This document shows positions 54,388 through 64,000 of a stretch of DNA of 64,000 bases, piece after piece (position 1 is the first letter of the stretch; the number at the start of each line of letters is the position of its first letter). Below the pieces are notes generated by a model. The model did not search any database. It worked only from the letters and a program-made list of their open reading frames with translations, and was not told the DNA's origin. This DNA is from Syncephalis fuscata S228. Taxonomy: Eukaryota > Fungi > Zoopagomycota. A program made the translations under genes and the position numbers. The stretch covers positions 248,001 through 312,000 of the forward strand of contig JAHLTZ010000017.1 in NCBI GenBank assembly GCA_025786725.1, given 5' to 3'.

Positions 54388-56977
54388 ATGGTACAGCCAC
54401 GAAAAAAGAATGAACAACGTCAAAAAGATGCAGTCGTTAGCAAGAAACCAAAGCCTACGCCGCTTTCGTTGGCAGACCATGTAGCTGTACAGTTAAATAA
54501 GGTGCGATAGACAATATTTATTATGGCTATTGACTAATAAAGTAAATTCAATTGGTATAGACTATTGATTTAGCACCAAAGCGTCGTAATATACGCCATG
54601 AATCGTCTACAAAGCATAAAAAGACCATGACAGCAGAGAAGACAACGATAATACGAAAGAAGATGCTAGTTAAACCGCGTAATCCAATGGATGGAACAGC
54701 ACCGCGAGTTACGTATCGTGGATTTCAACGAAAAACACCAAAATTAAATAAGCAAATTAGTTCAATTAAACGACGGATATTGGCTGGTAGAGCAGAAATA
54801 CGTTCATTAATTGCCCAAAGACTTGATAAAAAAGCAATTAAAAGTGGTTTAGTTATTGGTAAATCATTCAATAAATTAACAACGATAAAAGCCATATCAC
54901 CTATTCAAAATGTATGGTTGGAACAAGAATTGCCTTCAAGTATAAAAACGCCAATTGTTGATAATAATGCTAGCAGCTCAGATATTTCATCAACACCTTT
55001 GGTAGAGCGGCGTAAAACTCGTCGAGGCGCAAAAAAGAACAAAAAGAAAGTAAAAGATGACTTCGTATCTACTGCTAGCCATAATCAAGCGACAAAAGTC
55101 GATTGTCTAGCAGCTATGCCTATAGAAATACGGTATACATTAGCTCATACACTAAGCAATAATCGGGGCCTAACTAAAAGGTGGGCTACAAACAAATTGT
55201 ACGACAAAATAAGCAGCGAATTGATATAGCTGTTAGTTATTGCGATCAATGGGTCTCTACTGAATTAGATACCAGCGTGACAATACTAATGGCCGAATTG
55301 ATTCGTTATCAAACGAGAAAACTACAACAGGTTCCAATTAAGGTAAGCTTATATTATAGTTTATGTTGCTGTATTTAATACAGATTAAGTGTAGGCGAAA
55401 ATACGAAAGCGATATGTTATTGGATTTAAAGAGTCTTTACGCACGTTGCTATTGGATAAAGCCCGCTGCATTATTATGGCAAAAAACATTGAATATATCA
55501 ATCCAAGCGGTATGAAGATTACATTTAATAATATATGTTTATAGGATATTAATCGATAAAGATAGAAGAGCAACTGGATCCACTTGTTGTGCAAATACAA
55601 CAACAATGCCATCAACGATCGATTCCATTAGTATATTCAATGACACGACGTCAATTGGGATCGGCTATTGGTGGTGCTCGAGGCCATCGAACGGGTGGCG
55701 TAGGCTGTATAGCACTATTAATGATTGATGGTGCCGAATCTTTGTATGATCGTGTATTGACACTGGCTGATCAAGGAAGGCATTATTGGCAAGACTACTT
55801 TTGTTCCCTACGTCCAGCCACCGATGCTTTAACACCATGGAATAGCTACGGTGAAACGCCTGTGTGGCTAGCTTCATGGCATGGGTATTCTAACGATGTC
55901 CTTTGTAAATGTATAGATAATGGATGGTCAGTGGATACACGACGACAGTCTTATCAAAGTGATGCTCCTAGAGACTGGACACCATTAATGGCTGCATCCT
56001 ATCGAGGACATGCTCATATATTGTCAATACTATTGAGAAAAGGAGCACAAGCGAATGTAAAAGATCAAATGGGCAAGTCAGCCTTGTTGTTGGCTATTGA
56101 ACAAGGGCACGTATCAGTAGTACATGAACTATTGAAATTGGCAGCAACATTGATTGATGTAAATATAAAAGATAACGATGGAAATACGGCATTACAAATA
56201 GCTATTCAAGGCAAGCATATACAGATTGTTCGTGCTTTATTGGAACAAGATCAGTTAAACATAAGTGATACATGTGATGATCGGGTTAATGAAAAGATAG
56301 CTATGTCTAATCCATTACTACTGACCATTCAATTAAGTTTACATGATGTTCTATTTGAATTATATCAATACTACGAGCAACGATGGATAGTTGAAATGAC
56401 TGAAATAGTCACTGCTACATTTACACCTAGGAAAATGATGCTATTTCTAAATAGCCGATTACCACTGGATGATCAAGGTCGAAATCCTTTTATACTGGCC
56501 TGTGCCATTGGCAATTTAACGGTGTGTCAAACACTGTTGATCTGTATGAGTAGGCCTATCTCTATACCAATGCCCGGTGCTCAGAAACGACGATGGAAAA
56601 TAGATCGAGCAGAGCGGCAACGCCAACTAATCAATCAACCAGACGAGCAAGGAAGAACTGCGCTATGGTGGGCATCGGCTAATGGACACATATCCCTTGC
56701 AAGTTGGTTATGCGGAAACTCGCTTGATCATTTACAAATAGATCGAGAATTAAAAGATCAAGAAGGAAAGACGGCATCAGATGTTGCAGCATTATATTAC
56801 AAGGATTGGCTGAACAATACAGCAAATGAAAAATTAAAAGATGTGGCTATGAAGAATCAAAAGAAACAAACGGATTCACGTATACAACAACTCGTTTATG
56901 ATATTTGTCGTACAATTGCTAAACCATCTTCTAAAACTTTGCTTCCAAGTAATAAAAACGACAATAATGATGATTAA
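54388..56977 (+). CDS. SECISBP2: SECIS-binding protein 2 (SBP2/SECISBP2)-like SID + L7Ae domain fused to ankyrin repeats
   Basis: RNPMDGTAPRVTYRGFQRKTPK..SSIKRRILAGRAE resembles the SBP2 SID. SYCDQWVSTELDTSVTILMAELIRYQTRKLQQVPIKAKIRKRYVIGFKESLR..IPLVYSMTRRQLG..DGAESLYDRVL resembles the SBP2 L7Ae RNA-binding domain. Ankyrin motifs follow (TPLMAASYRGH, SALLLAIEQGH, TALQIAIQGKH, TALWWASANGH). Introns at 54502-54560, 55343-55394 and 55510-55565; homopolymer frameshift at about 55178. Confidence 0.85.
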
Positions 56978-57083
56978 TTAGCAGCATAATCATAATAATA
57001 ATAATAATAATGTAAAAACACATTTATATTTTAATAAATTAGTGATTATTATCACCATTGATCATTATTGTTTATTTGTATTA

Positions 57084-57803
57084 TTAAAACCCAAAACGTT
57101 CTTTTAACGATGACATCTCCTCATGGATTCGATGGCGTAATCGGCCATGTTTACCGTGCATTTTGTCGCTCCAATAACTGCCGGTTTCTTCGACAGTTGT
57201 AGTTTCCGTGTTCTTACCATCCTTTAGCGTTGTTGTTGTCTTTGTCACGGTAACAGTCTCAGTTCCATTTAATCGATCAAGCTCTCCCATAAGCGATTGA
57301 AGTCGTTCGGATGTTTCGCGGCATCGATTGCGCAACTCTTCACCGTTGCCTTCTTTTCGTAACTGCCGTACACGGCGCTTCATTTTACGTGTCTTTGCCT
57401 TTTCCTCGTCATCGCTCGAGTCTGACGACGATGAATCCGATGATGATGCGTGCTCGTCAACACCTTTCTCCTTCTTTGCCTCGACCTGATCAAAGGCCAG
57501 ATGTAGCACTTTCAAATCTTTTTCCAATAATTCATCCAGCTCTTTTTTAACGTTGTTTAGCCGTTCGTTTAGCTCTTCTCGCTCGTGTTCTACAGAGCGC
57601 TTAATAAGACGGCGGCGCCAGTGGCGGCGATAGTGTTTAAATGCACGTACAAGGCCAATACCGGCTGCCGTGGCTAGTGTGGCTGATACAACTGCTAGCA
57701 CCACATGTTTGCCCTTGATAGTATGACCACGAACGGTTCCTACTGGTCGGTCGAGTGCACGGGAGGCTGAGTCGGCCGCGTTGGTAAGTGCCTTGGGCGC
57801 CAT
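57084..57803 (-). CDS. N-terminally membrane-anchored coiled-coil protein, possibly BAG-domain-like; intronless
   Basis: One TM segment (VVLAVVSATLATAAGIGLV) followed by a basic stretch, a heptad helix, an acidic Ser run and ERLQSLMGELDRL (similar to the BAG E-x-L-x3-L-x2-LD helix). Confidence 0.6.
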   Translation of the reverse strand: MAPKALTNAADSASRALDRPVGTVRGHTIKGKHVVLAVVSATLATAAGIGLVRAFKHYRRHWRRRLIKRSVEHEREELNERLNNVKKELDELLEKDLKVLHLAFDQVEAKKEKGVDEHASSSDSSSSDSSDDEEKAKTRKMKRRVRQLRKEGNGEELRNRCRETSERLQSLMGELDRLNGTETVTVTKTTTTLKDGKNTETTTVEETGSYWSDKMHGKHGRLRHRIHEEMSSLKERFGF

Positions 57804-59221
57804 AGTAACTGTCGGAGAATGAAAGGGAGATAGAGGTGCAGTGGCTGTAAAAATGATAGTGGTATGTACTGGTAGTGAATAAGGAATTGACGGAGAAGCA
57901 CAGCCCGAGTACACAACGTCATCTCGCCTCTTTCATCGGCATATGGAGTAGTGAATCTTTATTGGGATAATGACGACGATCTAAACCAATCATGGTTAAG
58001 CATTGCCCTATTCTGCATAGCCCCATCTAAGAATGGCAGTATTATAGCAAGTTGTAAATTAAATAAAAGTAATAATCTGCTATTCCAGCTATTGATAAAT
58101 AATAATAATGATTTTAATAGTAATCAGTCAATGCACAATAGAATGATACATAATTAAATAAATATGCAAGAAAAGAAGATGAATAAATAAAAAATATATG
58201 CGTACTGGATAATAAATCAACAATGATGAGTATTTGATGACTGATGTCACTCCCACCCACCATCATGTTCAATAGATTGGATGTTATTAAATCTAATTAT
58301 TTGACCACTAAAATATATTAAGTAATCAATGTATTATTTAATATAGTGTAATAGCCTTAATGCAAATAAAATAATAAAATAAAGTTATAGTATTAATGTT
58401 ATAATAAAATAGCAAGAGTTTAGCTGAATCAAATATAATTAATTGTAATATATTGTTTTCTATTGTCATTACCGTTAGTGTGGCAATCAACATCAAAGTG
58501 CTTGACGAAAGACGGCATGATTATAGTGCTGCTCATTATGGTTACTTTACTTGTCGTTATCATTTATTGTAAAAAGTCCATTTGGCATCAGTTGGACAAA
58601 TGCAATCTAACAAATTAAAGAACATTACATGATTGTACTTAACTCGTATGAATTACGAAAATAATGCGGACAACCGAGGCTTAAATGGACATATGTCAAA
58701 ACAAACACACATGTTACTATCATCAGCATCATACGACATTCCATAAATATCGCTGAAACATAATCGTATAGACACTGAACTATAAATGCTGGCAATAAAT
58801 TATTTATTATTACACAAAAGAGTTGATTTAGTTTATCTAATAACTAAAAGAGCATAAAATGCCACGGTTTGCTCGTGCACTTGCACCATTAAGAAACTAG
58901 CCATAATTTCAGATAACAAACAGCGCCCTACTAAGAATAGCCGTTTGGCTAAAGCTGGTTTCACGAACTAAACGCTCAATAAAACCGGCTTGAATACTCC
59001 GGCCATGCGGAATCATCCATGTGTAAAAGCGGCCTTGCCAAACAAAGATTACCGCCAAATGTGCTCCAATTCGCTCGTATCGTTCAATGCATAATAGAAC
59101 TACATCTTACTACCCAAGACTTTCTACTATGCTATTTTGTTTCTGTAACACCATCGGTCACTATTCAACAATCTTTTAGCTGATATATGTGCACAGCCAT
59201 TGACTACATACTATAAAAACG

Positions 59222-60202
59222 ATGGTTCACAATGACACAACCGGAGATATAAATATCTCCGAGTATATATGGCAGATGCATGACGATAAAACAAATCTTC
59301 AGCGACGATATGTAAATTTTAACTATTTGCTAGTGTTGATAGTTACCATGGCTGTTATCTTTATACGCAATACCATTGGCGTCGGGATAATAGCCATAAA
59401 GTATCCATATAAACTTGCACCATGGTGCTGTTTCTTTGCAAATATCTCAGGAGCAATAATAGCTGTAGGCATTAGTACACCGGCTTTCTTTGCCCATGGT
59501 CCATCTTGCAACACACTTGTATGGGCAGTTGTAGCTGTACTTCCCTTTTCAAGCACTTTGATCAACATTATGCTATTTGAACGAGCCTATCTTGCTTTCC
59601 GGCGCTCTTTATGGTTTCTCTTGCTGGGTATATTATTTATTGTAATACCAGGCCCTACATATTTCATTGCCGCACGTTGGTCCTCCACTCCCAGACTTAA
59701 TGAGCGATATGGATGCTATTTGGACTATCCCCAATACCTGGCATATATTCGCCTTGTTGTAGATCTACCGTGCAACATTGTATGCTCTGTAGTATTCTCC
59801 ATAGTAATCTATCGGCAGTATAAAAGATACCGTGATGACTGCTGGAAACACCTGGCCCGTAATGGGATAATTACTATGGTTTAGTTATCGTTTCGAACAT
59901 GCTATGCTTTTTCTTAAATCTAAGCGGTGTTTTTGAAGAAGCCAGCAGTTATTTGTACATGGGAGACTGGTAAGTTCACATAACCGCACTTTTTAACATT
60001 TATTGACACATCTGAACCAAGGATAATAACAATTACTTTGCTTACAGAAAGTACAAAAAAATTGTATTTTGTATCGCAGTCCGCAACAGTAAAAAAAACA
60101 TCTGTCAATCCTAACTTGCAGCTAAACGTTTATTCAACAGAATTTGGACTGGAAACCGATTTTAGTATCTATCCAACAGAAATGCCAACAACACGAGACT
60201 AA
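59222..60202 (+). CDS. Orphan GPCR-like 7TM protein, subfamily B copy 1
   Basis: GDINISEY, KLAPWCC, GPSCN, FERAY, GCYLDYP, CWKHLARNGIITM and DW|intron (59970-60021). T-run deletion at about 59880. Confidence 0.82.
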
Positions 60203-60686
60203 ATAAAACAAGTGTATTTATTGAACTACTAAAGTTGAATCATTACCCAATGGGTTATTATAAGTTTACAAATATGCTGGTAATTAATGTAGAGCATGCC
60301 ACTCAAAAGACATTAAAGCCAGAAAGTATAGACATGTGATTCAATGGCCTTGTACCTCTATGCTTACTAGCAAGTATGTGCTTTAGATTTTTATAAAAGT
60401 GATTTATTCTACTAAATCATTTCAATGTTTTGCTGTAATAAGACAAAACTAGAAAACCATTAAATGATCCATTATTGAATTTTAAAATTAATACTAAGTG
60501 TATTAGAGTAAAGCTCAGACCTATCAGCATAATATCAACTATTTACAATAAAGCCTATTAGAATTCCAAGTCTTGCATAACTGTAATATCACTACTGACT
60601 ATTGTATTTGAATTTACTACAACACTTGCTTAGATTTGAGTAAGCATTAATTTTATAGTCATCTAAATTTTAGAATTGCTCTATTA

Positions 60687-60711
60687 AACCGGTTTTATTG
60701 AAAAACTGGTT
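60687..60711. promoter_or_regulatory. AACCGGTT + AACTGGTT pair (Grainyhead/CP2-like) about 250 bp upstream of 7TM B2
   Basis: Two adjacent matches to the consensus, one exact and one near-exact. Confidence 0.4.
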
Positions 60712-60943
60712 TTTGGCATGCAAGCATATAAAGCAGCTCATACTCAAAAGCAGTTCAACTAGCAGCCAAGTCCTTTGTACATGTGCTCCTTTTTCATCTA
60801 ATATTTAACATACGTATTCTATTCTGTTTTGTAAATCGACCTTTACTATCATTGTGTTTTATATTAACAAACTAATTAAATAAGCGCCAATAACTATTCA
60901 ATTAATATCTATATACAGTCATTGATTGCGCTGCATAAAAACA

Positions 60944-61927
60944 ATGGCGTTCAACGATACAGCTGGCGATATAAACATATTTGAGTATATATGGCAAGCA
61001 CATGACAATGAAGCAATTCTTCAGCAACGTTATAAAATTTAAATTTTCAGTTCTTATTGTTTATTATAGGAGCGGTAGTTTTTTCAACTAATGCCATCAA
61101 AGTTGGAATAATAACAGCAAAATATCCTTATAAACTTGCACCGTGGTGCTGTCTACTTGCAAACACAACAGGAGCGCTATCTAATATATGCTTTGGAATA
61201 TTCACTTTTTTTACCTACGGTCCAACGTGCCATGCAGTTGCATGGGCCACTGTGACATCATTGACAATATCTACCGTACTGACTAATATTATGCTTCTTG
61301 AACGGGCTTATCTTGCATATCGCCGTTCCAAGCTATTCATCTTACTGGGAATATTTCTCATCTTAGTACCGGCACCTATATATATGATTGCTATATGGTG
61401 GTGTGCGGATATCGGGCTTAGCAATCGTTATGGTTGCTATATGAAATTTGCTTTCTATCTTCCGTACTTCCGTCTTCTTCTCGACCTTCCATGCAATCTT
61501 GTATGCTCTGCGGTATTCTCTACGGTTATTTATAAGTATTATAAAAAGTATCGTGATGATTGTTGGAAACGCCTAGCTCGTAATGGAATTATCACCATGA
61601 TCCTGGTTATTTTATCCAATATAATATGCTTTTTTTTGAATTTAAGTAATGTTTTTGAAGAGGGAAGTGGATTTCTTTACGCGGCTGATTGGTAAGTAAA
61701 TATGAGGCATTAATGAGCGCTTTTTGTTAACATTACTTATTCTAAGGTTTATAACAATCATGCTGCTTACAGAAAGCACCAAAAACTTGTACTTTGTATC
61801 GCAGACAGCAACGGCCAAGAATTTTCCTACTAAATCTTGCTTGAAAAAGAAAATTTATTCTGTAGATTCGGTGCAAGAAACTGAAATTAGCATGTGGCCA
61901 ACAGAGCTTCAGAGCATGAGACGTTAA
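60944..61927 (+). CDS. Orphan GPCR-like 7TM protein, subfamily B copy 2
   Basis: GDINIFEY, KLAPWCC, GPTCH, LERAY, GCYMKF, CWKRLARNGIITM and DW|intron. Frameshift at about 61035-61045. Confidence 0.82.
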
Positions 61928-62531
61928 ATAAAACTATGTTATTACAGTTTTTCCAAAAAAGCCATAACAAAATGACTAAGCGATAGATCAATCTTGTAGC
62001 AATTTATATCGTCTGTTACTTTTGCTATACAAATAGTTATTTAACCGATAGCTTTGTCTAATAGTTAGAATAATAGAATGTAATACACCAATTGACTATT
62101 TGTGTAATAATTGGTACTGTTTAATAAAACAGATGCATTAAATATAATGTATATATGAGCAAAGTAAAATGGACTGCTACTTTTGTTTTTTGTAAATAAT
62201 TTAATTAGTGGCTGTTTTACGTATAAATAAACAAACTTCTTTTTTACACGTTTTTCTACAAATATAACAATCAGAATTATTCACACTACAGTGCTAAAAA
62301 TTAAATTATTAACATTAACAAGTATAATTATAGCAATTCGTACTATTTGGATTGCTTTACAATTAATGAGGATTTATGTTGAAAATATAGTTGTTTAAAT
62401 ATCAGAGAATTGAAAACTATTGTAATGTATTTAAAACATGGTCTTGAGATTAATCTCAAGTAGCATCATATATTCTTAAATGTAATGCTATTTGAATATC
62501 ATATGATAGACAATTTTGATTTCTTTGTTTT

Positions 62532-63472
62532 CTACCTTTCTATTGACGCCTTAGATAATTGTACAGAGGCTAGTTTGTTCGGACTTTTTTGACTATTATA
62601 ATGGTAAGCACTATTAGATGTATTCTTTAATTGAAAAGTACTTTTCACCAGCAGCGCAGTTGTGGCAGCCCTATATTTGCAAATTAGCTTTGATTTTCAA
62701 CTTTCAATTTTTAATACTTGCCAATATATTGTACTAATTACAAGGCTGAATTGAGAAAACAAATAAATGATGTTAAAAGCAATGCAAAATACATTTAAGA
62801 GTATCGCTAAAATGGACGTTCTTATGCTGTTGCTGAATATTTTTGTCCAACAACCTTTTCCATATCGGCAATACCGACGACGTATAAGAACGCCAAATGC
62901 TATAATAAATACCAAATTGATGGGGATATCGGCAATAGATCGAATATAAACTAGCATTGGCGGATAAATAATGCTGCAACCGAAAGACGGGAATATAGTA
63001 AAGGACACTGTTTGTCCAAATACTAGCAGAAAAGTTGGAGCCGGTAGCATCAACAGTATTATGCCTATGACCAGTATTAAACGATCACATTTGTATGCTA
63101 AATAGACGCGCTCTAATAAAAACGCATTTACACACAGTGTTGCTATAGTAAAGCCAAAGGTTAGACAATACGCCACTGTTTTGCATGAAGGGCCGCTTGG
63201 AAAGTAAAATGGAACAAGTGTTCCGCCAGTTATGGCAATCCCGGATAATGTTGTTGTTAAACAGCACCAGTGGGCAAGCTTATCAGGGCGGCTGATAACT
63301 GTTTTTGCAGAGTAATAGAAGCAATGTAGAAAAATAGCAAATAAAAATACGCTACCAATAGTTTGGATGTGAATGCCAGTCTATGGTGGCGATACATGCT
63401 CAAACTATCAGTCTGTATATGTAAATACTCGTAGATATTCATTTCACCGGATAATTTATTCTCGTGCTTCAT
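62532..63472 (-). CDS. Orphan GPCR-like 7TM protein, subfamily B copy 3 (divergent)
   Basis: GEMNIYEY, KLAHWCC, GPSCK, LERVY, GCSIIYP and CWTK. Intron at the same TM7 Trp codon but with a GC donor (about 62720); frameshift at about 63345. Confidence 0.75.
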
Positions 63473-64000
63473 AATTGCTAAAGATAACGCTAGAGATATT
63501 GTCGTAATAATACACAAATTAGATAGCTTTTAATGGAATTAAAGAATTGCAATGGAGAGAGGAAATAAAGCAACACGACAGATAAGGAGCAAATGCCAGA
63601 GCAGGAGGGCGGTATATAAACAGCTGAGTGACTTGAACAGATAGTTGATGCTTACAATGTTGCACATGGTGTGCTTAGGTTGTTAACAGCTCCAATATTG
63701 TTAAATGTAACGCATCTTTCAAAGAACTAAATGAGGCATGGCAATTAATCTATTGCTATTGGCCAATGCGTGTGGATACCGTCACACTCTCGGTGTCTCC
63801 GCTCATTTGACTCCGAGCATGCACCTTCTCCGGCTTGTCTTTACACGATGCTGCATGTCAATGGCTCAAGGCATTACAATTCATATGCGTGTAGAACCGG
63901 AATTGCTTGTTATTGTGTACGTGTCAAGAGCGATTTTATTGTCATCTGATCTTACACTAATTTAGCGAAGACATCGAATGCAACGCAACTTGCATGTACA

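Noticed and set aside
17370-63350. About 15 frameshifts in otherwise intact genes (CHS x3, ferritin, RING E3, MscL, SBP2, most 7TM genes) as programmed frameshifting, insertional RNA editing or mass pseudogenisation
   Set aside because: Those I traced are each repaired by adding one base to a homopolymer run, even in conserved genes, which is the typical long-read consensus error. Short-read polishing should remove them.
63738-64000. ORF at the window end
   Set aside because: No recognisable motifs; it may belong to a gene outside the window.
1-64000. tRNA (including tRNA-Sec), rRNA, CRISPR arrays, transposase or reverse-transcriptase ORFs
   Set aside because: None recognised by eye; tRNAscan-SE, Secmarker or Infernal would be needed to exclude small RNAs.

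Overview
AT-rich eukaryotic (fungal) genomic DNA with many short introns (about 45-75 nt, CTAAC/CTAAT branch points). The gene set (ferritin, myosin-motor chitin synthase, signal-peptide kinases, orphan 7TM arrays) points to an early-diverging fungus, probably a zoopagalean mycoparasite such as Syncephalis (inference). Compact housekeeping blocks (MEX67, MED15-KIX, GPH1, MscL, SAS10, COA6, RING E3, cyclin, UBE2T-like E2, class V CHS, ferritin, NUP85) alternate with lineage-specific islands. Highlights: (1) a SECIS-binding protein 2 (SBP2) homologue, a selenocysteine-machinery gene most fungi lack, fused in one exon to ankyrin repeats and with a degenerate SID motif; (2) seven tandem orphan GPCR-like 7TM genes with the TM3/ECL2 cysteine pair and an (E/Q)RAY motif, several with Grainyhead/CP2-like AACCGGTT sites about 250 bp upstream; (3) two secreted kinases sharing a 239-bp near-identical catalytic-core tract, plus a secreted pseudokinase; (4) inverted repeats of about 590 bp bracketing the CHS-ferritin segment. 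Many genes carry single-base deletions in homopolymer runs. These look like assembly errors, so frameshifts were not treated as evidence of pseudogenes. All calls come from reading the sequence by eye; no database searches were run.
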